From Eledone cirrhosa (lineage: Eukaryota): a stretch of DNA of 64,000 nt. Below the pieces are notes generated by a model. That model made no database searches. It was given only the letters and a program-made list of their open reading frames with translations, and had not been told where the DNA came from. The stretch lies in NCBI GenBank assembly GCA_964016885.1, contig OZ024742.1, positions 47,368,001 to 47,432,000 of the forward strand. The letters are read 5' to 3'. The stretch's first letter is position 1. The number at the start of each line of letters is the position of its first letter. This document shows positions 18,217 through 32,279 of the stretch, one piece after another. A program made the position numbers and the translations under genes.

Positions 18217-18818
18217 ATATATTTATTGATAATAACAACAATTCAAAATTACAGGTCTGTTTGGGAACAGAGTTCAAATTGACCAATGAAAACACAAAAA
18301 GTTTATACAGTTAGGTGTGTGTATATATGTAAGTAACTTCGTTCACAGATATGCATAAAAATATATGTTCACATGCATACGCATGCCGAAAAGATGTATG
18401 TAAATACAAAAATTCAAGGCTAATGTCTCTGTATGTTTATAATCTACAGATAAAATACGTATACGCATATAAACATATAAATATAAAAATAAATATATAC
18501 ACACATTCATATACTCACACATATACGTACATTCACACACACACGCGCGTATACGCATAAACATAGACGCAACCACGAACATACATACACACACACACCC
18601 CCACACACATATATGTGTATATACTATTATCATAAGCATATGGGCATTAATGCGCGCACATAAACACTGCCACACATATTTAGATCCAGATACAGGAAGT
18701 AGGTGGGGGGGGGGAGAAGAGGTCAGTATTTAGCGGTGTCAGCAAACTGCCTATTTATAAATGTATCTATAAATTTAGAAATAAAAAGAAAAAGAAAAAA
18801 GAAATATATTAAGAAAAT

Positions 18819-18872
<54 letters not shown>

Positions 18873-18906
18873 AAGTAAAATATAAAATATACATCGATAT
18901 ACATAC

Positions 18907-18943
<37 letters not shown>

Positions 18944-19055
18944 TATACATACATATACATACACACACCATATAAATACACATACACATACACACACGCA
19001 TACATATAGAGACACATACATATACACATATAAATACATAGACACATACACATAT

Positions 19056-19102
<47 letters not shown>

Positions 19103-19166
19103 TACATATATATATGTGTATATCTATATATATATATATATATGCCCACACATATATATATATGTG

Positions 19167-19261
<95 letters not shown>

Positions 19262-19265
<4 letters not shown>

Positions 19266-19869
19266 TGGCTGCCAACTCGTTTTCGAGTACGGCCACTACT
19301 TTATATCCATGTAGGAGAACCCCTACCGATGCGCTGAACGAGTGTGACTTTTTAGTCCAGCCAGCGACTTGAAAACTCTGGTACAAACACTACACTTGTG
19401 ACAATTACTGACACATAGTGCTGGGCCCATGGTACAATGTGACGACAAGTGCAGAGAGATCTCCAGATATAAAGCAATGCCTGTGCCGTGAAGCTTTTAT
19501 AGTGAGCAAAGGCACTGCACAAAGCCAGTCCCACTCTCTTAACCAAGATGATATTTACCAAAAAGAAGAACAAGTCAACATCATTGGATACCATCAGGGT
19601 TGCAGGTGTTATATCAGAGTTTTCCTTCTCCTAGAATTCTGCCTTGACAAAGGCTAAGGGGTCATCTCTCCCGGTTATTTTGGATGGCCATTGACTCTTA
19701 AGAGCTCCTTTGCCCTTTGACAGGTTTTGTTTTTAGTCCTGCAGGATGTCCAAAGTCACCCTCCTCACCAAGAAACCTTGGTGGGGTTGCCAGTTTAGTC
19801 GCCAACGACCCGACCATGGGACAGGTTGTACTGGGATACATGTTACCAGTAGCACCAACTGGTGACCGT
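19262..19869 (-). mobile_element. Non-coding ~600-bp element (family C), probably RTE-derived non-autonomous; second, 5'-truncated copy at 45331-45788
   Basis: Two near-identical copies, both next to TA tracts. The minus strand contains TAGCCTTTGTCAAGGCAGAATTCTAGGAGAAGGAAAACTCTGA, recalling RTE 5' UTR / Ceph-domain sequence (from memory, not searched). Confidence 0.7.
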
Positions 19870-19885
19870 ATATATATATATATAC

Positions 19886-19952
<67 letters not shown>

Positions 19953-20390
19953 CACATATATATATATGTGTGGGCATATATATATATATATATATATAGA
20001 TATACACATATATATACATATATATATATATATACATACATATATACATATATACACACATACATACACACATATACACATACACATATACAAAGATGTA
20101 TATACATACACACACACATATAATAAATATATATATATATATATATATAAATACACACGTATACATATATATATATATACATACATACACACACATACAT
20201 ACTCATACATAGACATACATATATACACACACATACATACACACATACATATACGCATATATACACATATATACATATATAAATAGTGATACATATACAC
20301 AAATAAATATATACACACGTACACACACACACACACACACACATACATACACATACATACACACATACATATATATACACACACATATAT

Positions 20391-20465
<75 letters not shown>

Positions 20466-20567
20466 CATATATATAAAAAAATAAAGAAATAAAAGAAAGA
20501 AATAAATAAATAAATTAATACACACAGTCAGACAAACATGCACACACATACATATACATATATATAT

Positions 20568-20682
<115 letters not shown>

Positions 20683-20747
20683 CATATACATATATATATA
20701 TACACATACACACATCAACTACAAATATATATATATATATATATACA

Positions 20748-21039
20748 TGTAAAGTTATATTTAAAATTGTTGGGTTACAACTAGTAAATATTTATAACTG
20801 ATATAAAAGCACTCGACAAATACTTGGAGTATATTTACAATATTAAATAAATGGAAAACTATATTTATAAAACCATATTTATTTCATTATATATATTTCG
20901 GGGATATCATATTAACAATATGCTATGCCTTCATCAGACATGTCTGATGAAGGCATAGCATATTGTTAATATGATATCCCCGAAATATATATAATGAAAT
21001 AAATATGGTTTTATAAATATGGTTTTCCATTTATTTAAT

Positions 21040-21043
<4 letters not shown>
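20748..21043. mobile_element. Fold-back hammerhead mini-element, family G, nested in the left arm of the family A inversion
   Basis: Palindrome centred 20940/20941 (CATCAGACA|TGTCTGATG), with CTGATGA at 20944-20950 and GAAA at 20982-20985. Absent from the right arm; homologous to 52598-53007. Confidence 0.85.
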
Positions 21044-21082
<39 letters not shown>

Positions 21083-21192
21083 TCACATATACATGCGCAC
21101 ATACGTACATATATACACATACACACATATACACATAGACGTATACATGTGCATACATATACATACACACATATACCCACATAAATACATAG

Positions 21193-21249
<57 letters not shown>

Positions 21250-21954
21250 CACATATATATATACATATATACATACAATCATACACTCTTATTTACATGC
21301 GCACATATGTATTTTTATACTCACATACAAACACCCAAACATACATACCTACCTACATATACATATATACATCCACGCTTACAAATACAAATAATAATAG
21401 GGGGGGAGGGGGGATTATAGTAAATATAGGTTTCAAGAAACATAGAATATTGATCTGCATTTAGATCATAATATGTGTTTACATAGTAGTTTCAGTATTA
21501 GGAAAGGTAAGAAAGAAGGCAAAATTATGCATTTTAATATAAGTAGACTATTAATTATAGGTTAACTAAATTAAAGATAGTTAATATATCGATTTCTAAG
21601 GTGTATACTACTTAGGTTTATAATATTTGAAGCGGAATTTTGAAGTTAAATAGTAGTAGAGTATTAATTATAGTATAACTAAATTAAAATTATTAACGTT
21701 ATGGTATCAATATTAGGAAATGAATTTAGTAAAGGGAAAAAACCAATAAAGTATTACATCGGTAGTAGAATATAAATTATAGGTTAACTAAATTAAAAAT
21801 TATATATTAATTTCTATAGTATACGTTAATTTGGTTTATAATAATTAAAACAGATATTGTATTTTATCTATAGTAGAATATAATTATAGGTAAACAGAAA
21901 TTAAAATTAATACATACACATATATATATACATATATATAAATATATATATATG

Positions 21955-22022
<68 letters not shown>

Positions 22023-22496
22023 AATATATACATATTTTTTCAAAAATTGCAAAGAATATATTAACTAGGTATACATCCAAAACCTATCTCAGTCTATGAT
22101 TACATGACACTCTGCAATCCATCTGTATTAGGATATTAATTTTAAGCCAATTAAATTAAATTTTTAGGTTAACCAAATTTAAAACCAAATTATAAATATA
22201 TTTCTAAAATGTACATTAATTAGGTCTATAATATTAAAAATTATTTCTCTGTCATTGAATACACGATATTTTGTTATATTTTATCTGTAAAGGAATTTTA
22301 ATAAGAGGTTAAATAAATTAAAATTAATCTATAAATTAATTTACGAAGTATATATTAGTAATATTTAAAAGTTTTTCACAATTTATAATTACACAATATT
22401 TTATAATCTCATCTGTAGTAGAGTTTTAATTAAAATAAATTTATAGGTTAACTAACATTTAAATTAAATTATATATTAATTTCTAAAATAATGTTA

Positions 22497-23544
22497 TTAA
22501 TTAGGTTTATAATATTTAAATGTTTTTCTTAGTTTATGATTACACGATAAAATTAATTCCTGTCGTTTATTTAATAGGATATCCTTAGATTTCATTATTT
22601 CAAATAGTTCTTGGGAACATAATCTACATTCATTTCTATTATTTTGATAAGGGGTGGCTCTTTTGAGCACACTCCAGGTCATATCATATTCTATATTCTT
22701 ATTTTTATAACTATTGATTTTTTCTGCTAGAGATGTTGTATTAGACAGTGTGGCATTTTTAAAACTATGTTTGTGGGTATTAAAACTTACCTTAAAATTG
22801 TTAGAAGTAGCTCCTATATATGAGCAAATAGAATCTTTAGTTTTAACATTACATTTATAAACTATGTTGTTAACAAGACAATTTCCTTTTAATGGGCAGT
22901 TTGCTTTGTTTCTACAGTTACAACCTTTCGTTAATTCTGTATTTGAGGAGATATTATGGTTAGTTTGATGTATTGGTGGTATACTTATGGTATTCTTACA
23001 TTTATATGCATTATAGGCACTTATATTTTGTTTTATGTTATTTGTTGTTGAGTATGAGAATTTAACTGTAGACCTATTTAAGATTTGATGGTATTTGTGG
23101 TTTGGCGGGAAGTTTTTCTCTAGGATATAAAAAAATTTTTTAGCAATATTATCCTTAATTTGTAAATTAAATGGACCATTATACCAAGTAACTCGTCTAT
23201 TACGGTTTCTATGTTGTTTATTATTTTTATAGGTTGTATCGTGATGTTTACTAGGAGGATTAATGTTAATGATCTCACCACGCACATTTTTAGTTAGATT
23301 TATAGATTTAGGTGTTTTATCTTGTTTATTAGGAGTTTTATTATTAACATTTATTAGAGTTGTATGATGAGTAGTTTTTTGAGAGTTACTATACTTTATA
23401 TTAGAAGAGTTGTTGGTATTTTGGGGTATAGTGTGGGTGGCATTTAGGTGTGTACTTTTCATTTGGTGTTTGTTGGTAATATTAAGTTGTATGTTTATAG
23501 TATTTTTAGTAGAAGGTATATATTCAAATCTATTTTTGTGGCCA
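22497..23544 (-). pseudogene. Inverted duplicate of the PLE linker and GIY-YIG region
   Basis: Translation nearly identical to the C-terminal ~350 aa of the 23410-25779 ORF. Confidence 0.9.
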
Positions 23545-25779
23545 TTTTTGCTTGAAGACTTTGAGAAAGACCTTTTTAATTTAATTAAACACCTCAAATT
23601 TAAAAAGTATAAATCTGTCTTTCAAATGGACATTGATTCTACCCTATTGGACCTAAAAAAGTCTAAAAAAATCCATGTCCACTCGGACAAAACTGGTAAC
23701 TTGTATCACATGGATATTGAAGATTATAATGAGTTCATATATAAAGAACTCAGGAAAAATTATAAAAAATCTAATAATGCGTCACTCACCAACATCAACA
23801 ACAAAACACACAACATAGTAAAAAAACTAAACATTGAAGATAGAACTGAACCTTTGGCATTGAAAAGACCACACTTCAACCTGAAGGATCATAAATCAAA
23901 CTTTAACTCAAATCCTTCTATAAGACTTATATGTCCCTCCAAATCTGATATTGGAATAATTAGCAAAAACATTTTGGATAGAGTCATCCCACAAATAAGA
24001 AAACACGTTATTTTACCACTCTGGGAAAACACTTCCCAGGTAATTAACTGGTTTAAAAATATTAGATGTAAATCTTCTGCTTCATTTCTACAATTTGATA
24101 TAGATAATTACTATTCTTCTATATCACCTATACTCCTGAACAAAGCATTGATATTTGCTAAAAATAGATCTAACTTAACTTTGGATGACATTAATATTAT
24201 TACACATGCTAGACTAACACTTATTGAATTTCAGAATGAATACTGGACCAGAAACACATATAGTAATCTATTTGATATTACTATGGGTTCAAGCGATTCC
24301 GCCCAAATTACTGATCTTGTGGGCCTCTTTCTCCTTTTCAACATAAATGCCTCCTTTCCCCACCTTAAAGGTGGTTTATATCGTGATGACTGTCTTCTTC
24401 TTTCCAACAACCTTAGCCTTTCAGAAATAGAAAAAAACAAAAAGCATATTAGAACTTTCCTTAAAGACTATTATAGTCTTCATATTACTTTTGAAAAAAC
24501 AAGTAAAGTAGTAAATTTCCTAGATATAACTTTAGACTTAGCTACGGGTATCTACCAACCTTACCATAAACCCAACCAAAACTTACACTACATACACTCA
24601 CAATCTAATCACCCTAAATCTATCCTTAAAAACCTTGCATATAATATATCACTTAGAATTTCTAACCTTTCTTCTAACCAAGATTTATTTGATAAAAATG
24701 CGACCTTCTATAACGAAGCTCTAGATAGAAGTGGCCACAAAAATAGATTAGAATATATACCTTCTACTAAAAATACTATAAACATACAACCTAATATTAC
24801 CAACACACACCAAATGAAAAGTACACACCTACATGCCACCCACACTATACCCCAAAATACTAACAACTCTTCTAATATAAAGTATAGTAACTCTCAAAAA
24901 ACTACTCATCATACAACTCTAATAAATGTTAATAATAAAACTCCTAATAAACAAGATAAAACACCTAAATCTATAAATCTAACTAAAAATGTGCGTGGTG
25001 AGATCATTAACATTAATCCTCCTAGTAAACATCACGATACAACCTATAAAAATAATAAACAACATAGAAACCGTAATAGACGAGTTACTTGGTATAATGC
25101 TCCATTTAATTTACAAATTAAGGATAATATTGCTAAAAAATTTTTTTATATCCTAGAGAAAAACTTCCCGCCAAACCACAAATACCATCAAATCTTAAAT
25201 AGGTCTACAGTTAAATTCTCATACTCAACAACAAATAACATAAAACAAAATATAAGTGCCTATAATGCATATAAATGTAAGAATACCATAAGTATACCAC
25301 CAATACATCAAACTAACCATAATATCTCCTCAAATACAGAATTAACGAAAGCTTGTAACTGTAGAAACAAAGCAAACTGCCCATTAAAAGGAAATTGTCT
25401 TGTTAACAACATAGTTTATAAATGTAATGTTAAAACTAAAGATTCTATTTGCTCATATATAGGAGCTACTTCTAACAATTTTAAGGTAAGTTTTAATACC
25501 CACAAACATAGTTTTAAAAATGCCGCACTGTCTAATACAACATCTCTAGCAGAAAAAATCAATAGTTATAAAAATAAGAATATAGAATATGATATGACCT
25601 GGAGTGTGCTCAAAAGAGCCACCCCTTATCAAAATAATAGAAATGAATGTAGATTATGTTCCCAAGAACTATTTGAAATAATGAAATCTAAGGATATCCT
25701 ATTAAATAAACGGCAGGAATTAATTTTAGCGTGTAATCATAAACTAAGAAAAACATTTAAATATTATAAACCTAATTAA
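23542..25779 (+). CDS. PLE reverse transcriptase + C-terminal GIY-YIG endonuclease, 5'-truncated but uninterrupted
   Basis: SDKTGNLY, LKDHK..RLICPSKS, FDIDNYYSSI, MGSSDS, LYRDD, NFLDITL, YHKP..YIHSQSNHP; then CNCR..CPLKGNCL..IVYKC..YIGAT..H, CRLC..E, LLNKR. Confidence 0.92.
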   Translation, partial: PFLLEDFEKDLFNLIKHLKFKKYKSVFQMDIDSTLLDLKKSKKIHVHSDKTGNLYHMDIEDYNEFIYKELRKNYKKSNNASLTNINNKTHNIVKKLNIEDRTEPLALKRPHFNLKDHKSNFNSNPSIRLICPSKSDIGIISKNILDRVIPQIRKHVILPLWENTSQVINWFKNIRCKSSASFLQFDIDNYYSSISPILLNKALIFAKNRSNLTLDDINIITHARLTLIEFQNEYWTRNTYSNLFDITMGSSDSAQITDLVGLFLLFNINASFPHLKGGLYRDDCLLLSNNLSLSEIEKNKKHIRTFLKDYYSLHITFEKTSKVVNFLDITLDLATGIYQPYHKPNQNLHYIHSQSNHPKSILKNLAYNISLRISNLSSNQDLFDKNATFYNEALDRSGHKNRLEYIPSTKNTINIQPNITNTHQMKSTHLHATHTIPQNTNNSSNIKYSNSQKTTHHTTLINVNNKTPNKQDKTPKSINLTKNVRGEIININPPSKHHDTTYKNNKQHRNRNRRVTWYNAPFNLQIKDNIAKKFFYILEKNFPPNHKYHQILNRSTVKFSYSTTNNIKQNISAYNAYKCKNTISIPPIHQTNHNISSNTELTKACNCRNKANCPLKGNCLVNNIVYKCNVKTKDSICSYIGATSNNFKVSFNTHKHSFKNAALSNTTSLAEKINSYKNKNIEYDMTWSVLKRATPYQNNRNECRLCSQELFEIMKSKDILLNKRQELILACNHKLRKTFKYYKPN

Positions 25780-26265
25780 TAACATTATTTTAGAAATTAA
25801 TATATAATTTAATTTAAATGTTAGTTAACCTATAAATTTATTTTAATTAAAATTCTACTACAGATGAGATTATAAAATATTGTGTAATTATAAATTGTGA
25901 AAAACTTTTAAATATTACTAATATATACTTCGTAAATTAATTTATAGATTAATTTTAATTTATTTAACCTTTTATTAAAATTCCTTTACAGATAAAATAT
26001 AACAAAATATCGTGTATTCAATGACAGAGAAATAATTTTTAATATTATAGACCTAATTAATGTACATTTTAGAAATATATTTATAATTTGGTTTTAAATT
26101 TGGTTAACCTAAAAATTTAATTTAATTGGCTTAAAATTAATATCCTAATACAGATGGATTGCAGAGTGTCATGTAATCATAGACTGAGATAGGTTTTGGA
26201 TGTTTACCTAGTTAATATATTCTTTGCAATTTTTGAAAAAATATGTATATGTATGTATATATATG

Positions 26266-26345
<80 letters not shown>

Positions 26346-27101
26346 CATATATATACATACATATACATATTTTTTCAAAAATTGCAAAGAATATATTAAC
26401 TAGGTATACATCCAAAACCTATATGTATATATATATGTGTATGTATTAATTTTAATTTCTGTTTACCTATAATTATATTCTACTATAGATAAAATACAAT
26501 ATCTGTTTTAATTATTATAAACCAAATTAACATATACTATAGAAATTAATATATAATTTTTAATTTAGTTAACCTATAATTTATATCCTACTACCGATGT
26601 AATACTTTATTGGTTTTTTCCCTATTACTAAATTCATTTCCTAATATTGATACCATAACGTTAATAATTTTAATTTAGTTATACTATAATTAATACTCTA
26701 CTACTATTTAACTTCAAAATTCCGCTTCAAATATTATAAACCTAAGTAGTATACACCTTAGAAATCAATATATTAACTATCTTTAATTTAGTTAACCTAT
26801 AATTAATAGTCTACTTATATTAAAATGCATAATTTTGCCTTCTTTCTTACATTTCCTAATACTGAAACTACTATGTAAACACATATTATGATCTAAATGC
26901 AGATTAATATTCTATGTTTCTTGAAACCTATATTTACTATAATCCCCCCCCCCCCTATTATTATTTGTATTTGTAAGCGTGGATGTATGTATGTATATGT
27001 AGGTAGGTATGTATGTTTGGGTGTTTGTATGTGAGTATAAAAATACATATGTGTGCATGTAAATAAGAGTGTATGATTGTATATATATATATATATATGT
27101 G

Positions 27102-27174
<73 letters not shown>

Positions 27175-27284
27175 CTATGTATTTATGTGGGTATATGTGT
27201 GTATGTATATGTATGCACATGTATACGTCTATGTGTATATGTGTGTATGTGTATATATGTACGTATGTGCGCATGTATATGTGA

Positions 27285-27338
<54 letters not shown>

Positions 27339-27380
27339 AGTTGATGTGTGTATGTGTATATATATATATGTATGTATATG

Positions 27381-27437
<57 letters not shown>

Positions 27438-27539
27438 ATATATATATGTATATGTATGTGTGTGCATATTTGTCTGACTGTGTGTATTAATTTATTTATT
27501 TATTTATTTCTTTTATTTCTTTATTTTTTTATATATATG

Positions 27540-27622
<83 letters not shown>

Positions 27623-27659
27623 GTGTGTGTATATATATGTATGTGTGTATGTATGTGCA

Positions 27660-27705
<46 letters not shown>

Positions 27706-28157
27706 TGTGCATATATTTATATGTGTATATGTATCTCTATTTATATATGTATATATGTGTATATATATCCCTTTATTTATGTATGTCTGAGTTGTGTGAG
27801 CGTGTGGTGGTGTTTGTATGTATATACGCATACATGGATGTGTATGTATGTGTATATATGCGTATATGTATGTGTGTATGTATGTGTGTGTATATATGTA
27901 TGTCTATGTATGAGTATGTATGTGTGTGTATGTATGTATATATATATATGTATACGTGTGTATTTATATATATATATATATATATATTTATTATATGTGT
28001 CTGTGTATGTATATACATCTTTGTATATGTGTATGTGTATATGTGTGTATGTATGTGTGTATATATGTATATATGTATGTATATATATATATATATGTAT
28101 ATATATGTGTATATCTATATATATATATATATGCCCACACATATATATATATATGTG

Positions 28158-28225
<68 letters not shown>

Positions 28226-28460
28226 GGTACGTATTTGTATGTGTGTATATACATGAGTGTGTTTATATATATATGTATGTGTGTATGTTTTTATATATAT
28301 ATGTGTGTATATGTGTATATGTCAATGTATTTATATGTGTATATGTATGTGTCTCTATATGTATGCGTGTGTGTATGTGTATGTGTATTTATATGGTGTG
28401 TGTATGTATATGTATGTGTATGTATGTGTTTATGTATATGTGTGTGTATATGTATGTATA

Positions 28461-28509
<49 letters not shown>

Positions 28510-29174
28510 GTATGTATATCGATGTATATCTTATATTTTACTTGTTTATATATATATATATATATACATATATATTTTCTTAATATATTTCTTTTTTCTT
28601 TTTCTTTTTATTTCTAAATTTATAGATACATTTATAAATAGGCAGTTTGCTGACACCGCTAAATACTGACCTCTTCTCCCCCCCCCACCTACTTTCTGTA
28701 TCTGGATCTAAATATGTGTGGCAGTGTTTATGTGCGCGCATTAATGTCCATATGCTTATGATAATAGTATATACACATATATGTGTGTGGGTGTGTGTGT
28801 GTGTATGTATGTTCGTGGTTGTGTGTATGTTTATGCGTATACGCGCGTGTGTGTATGAATGTACGTATATGTGTGAGTATATGAATGTGTGTATATATTT
28901 ATTTTTATATTTATATGTTTATATGCGTATACGTATTTTATCTGTAGATTATAAACATACAGAGACATTAGCCTTGAATTTTTGTATTTACATACATCTT
29001 TTCGGCATGCGTATGCATGTGAACATATATTTTTATGCATATCTGTGAACGAAGTTACTTACATATATACACACACCTAACTGTATAAACGTTTTGTGTT
29101 TTCATTGGTCAATTTGAACTCTGTTCCCAAACAGACCTGTAATTTTGAATTGTTGTAATTATCAATAAATATAT

Positions 29175-29328
29175 TTCATTATTTCTGAAGACGGCATATA
29201 TATGTGTTGGTATGTATATTTAATTTTGATAGTTTGTATAATTTTGTATAATTTTGTACATAGATCTGTTGAATATGCATGCCAATTCTAACACATATAT
29301 ATCCTAGAAACGATCGTTAAATAATGAA
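29175..29328 (+). ncRNA. Type I hammerhead near the 3' end of family A
   Basis: 10-bp stem I (ttcattattt 29175-29184 / aaataatgaa 29319-29328), CTGAAGA 29185-29191, GAAA 29307-29310, cgatcg, predicted cleavage after 29318. Stem II includes atatatatgtgtt/aacacatatatat. Confidence 0.82.
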
Positions 29329-29525
29329 CTTTTTTTGTTTAATATAAGGAACTGTTTCATTGTTTTATTCATTATTTTTTTAATATTTTATCTTGACTCT
29401 GTATTCCGTTTATCTTTCACCGAAAGTGATTTTTCATTGCATCTCTTCTTTCCATGATATCCGGATTACATTGAGTTCTTCATACGGATTGGACACTACC
29501 GTAAACTCTTGGTAGATTTATCTAC

Positions 29526-29559
<34 letters not shown>

Positions 29560-30796
29560 ATTAATATATACATTGATATATTCATGTGCAAAACATATTC
29601 ATACAACCACATACACAAAATGAAGGGAACATTGGAGAAAAGGCAGGATAGATATTATTGGAATAACACGGAATAAAATTTGCTGTCTTGTTTGGTCGAT
29701 GTGCGATTAAATTAAAATAGAAGTTTTAGAGAATACTAACGAATATATAAATGAAACATGTTACAGACTAATGTAGAAGTACACAAGTTTACTTCTTAAA
29801 TAATTGCTTGTGTAGAAAACTTCTTCAATACATCATCAAATCTCAAACCCAACAGAGTAATTTATGTCAGCTCATCGTAAATTTGACACTGTCCATTTCA
29901 CAACCTATTTAGATTGAGAATATTATTCCCACTGTAATGTCCATGATATACTCGTAATCGGTCTTCGTTTTTGTTTATCAAACGCTAATTCTCACGCTTC
30001 CATAATAATTTACAATGAAATTTGAGTGCAAAATATTCTGCCGTCCTCAGCCTCTTCCAAACTTGTTAGACACTTTTAACTTTACAGATGAAGAAGCAAC
30101 TGAAATAAATCAGTGTTCTTTCATGTCACGTTTATAGGAATTTTCTTCCCTTCTCTACGATCTCCTCTACTTTTAATTCTGTTATCATTGAATTTAAATA
30201 ACTTTACAATTACAATTGGTTAGTCAGACGCTATCTGAATACTTTTGGCTATTAATGTTAATGTCCTAATGCTCTAAAGTCGATAGACGCTACGTTTTAT
30301 GTTCTCTGAAATTGAAGTTGATGCCTTCAGAGATGACATCACCGAAAGGAGGAACGGAAATCGGACATATAATTGTATATTCTAATTCAAGAATATGTTA
30401 CTGCGTAACTGTAGTATTAGTTGCAAATTTGATGAATATTGCGCTTCCTATAATTGGTCCCAGCGACCTAGAGTAATATCTGATAATTGTATTATTTTCA
30501 AGTCTGACGATGAAATCTTACAAATGGATTAGTCGTCATACAAACAACTGTTAAAAATATAGCGGTTATAGGTTCAAACCTACTGTTCCAGTTTCAGTGA
30601 CACCTCAGGAATTGGAGCATAGACCTGAGATGTGGCAAACTAAGCCCATATCACATGTTTGCGTGGAATAAAAGTCAAATTGACTACAGTAGGTCAATTC
30701 CAACCTATATATGTAGGAGTTTGTATGTATCTATGTATATGTATTAGAGACAGCTTATCTTGTAGAAGTAATAAATAAATAAATACATACATAAAT

Positions 30797-30871
<75 letters not shown>

Positions 30872-31047
30872 GGTAGTAACATGGGGTTACGCCGTATTTG
30901 ACTATATAGAATTAGTCTTTTAGTTGGGATTTAAAATAACCCTCTGAATGGAAAAAAAGGATGAGTAGTGTCGTACATGGGACACCAACCTACATCGTTG
31001 GCATGGCGGACCAATGGTAACATATATATATATACATACACACACAT

Positions 31048-31089
<42 letters not shown>

Positions 31090-31177
31090 ACATGCACACA
31101 CACACACACACATACACACACATACATACGCACACACACACATACACACACCCACAGACCCCCCCACACACACACAT

Positions 31178-31211
<34 letters not shown>

Positions 31212-31364
31212 GATGGCTGCAAACTCTGCTAAGAGTATTGCAATCGCTTGTCAGATTACAGAAAATGGTGCACCTTTAGGCTACGGCCAGCCACACGAAC
31301 CTGTAACAGTTCTTGAACAAGCAATACCTGTGTTTTGAAAATATATACATATATATACATATAT

Positions 31365-31444
<80 letters not shown>

Positions 31445-31448
<4 letters not shown>

Positions 31449-31765
31449 CGTTTCTGAATTTGTTTAGCAAGATTCTTTATCTGAACCCGTGTGTTGAAAC
31501 CGATATTGTTATACTTTGGGAGGGTCATGTTGCCAATAAGAAACACACGCACCAGTTGCGTTCACTTCAATTTATTATAATAAATTTATAAATTTGGGAA
31601 TTTATAAATTTCCGGTTGGTTGGTTGGTTCCCCAACCAGATGGTCGTTTATATATTGTCAAAGTTCTTTCGTGAAACATTCTGTGACCTCTTCAGTGACT
31701 GGGTTTTTTTCTTTGTTTTTGTGCCTCTCCTTTGTTCTGTCCTACGCCATCATTTTTTTGTGCGT
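31445..31765 (-). mobile_element. Solo pseudo-LTR of a family B-related PLE, with hammerhead at 31657-31699
   Basis: Homologous to the reverse complement of 39050-39372; gtca CTGAAGA ... GAAA gaac TT tgac. Confidence 0.8.
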
Positions 31766-31814
31766 GTGTATATATATATATATATATATACAATATATAT
31801 ATATATATATATGT

Positions 31815-31859
<45 letters not shown>

Positions 31860-31985
31860 GGTCAAGATAGAGAGGATGAACACGGCGAAACTACGCAATA
31901 GTTTATTTGTTTCGCGTATATGGAGTACCCTTGTGAAGCTTATGAGAACAAACTGAGACCGTCGTGCTCTCGGTTGTGAATCTGA

Positions 31986-32027
<42 letters not shown>

Positions 32028-32279
32028 GAAATCGAAGTCAACTGATTATACTTCACTTCATTTATTGACAATTGCTGTTAAATATATTTTGGTGACAACC
32101 GCTGAACAACACATTTGACCTGATCAGAAAACTAGATATTGAACAGAAAATCCACCAGAAAAAACACGAAGAAGGAATATAAATTACTCCTGCTGTTTAC
32201 TTCCATATGCCGCTGGCTATTAATTGGTGTTTGGATCTCAAGGTACCTTTGCCTTATGGAGAGATTCCCTCTATAGATG

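Noticed and set aside
21540-22560. CRISPR-like periodic repeats
   Set aside because: Degenerate repeats with related spacers, no cas genes, eukaryotic context.
23410-23541. Hydrophobic N-terminus of the 789-aa ORF
   Set aside because: Antisense read-through of the inverted arm; not part of the real protein.
30504-30545. CTGACGA followed by a weak hairpin
   Set aside because: No GAAA-stem III-UH half; probably chance.
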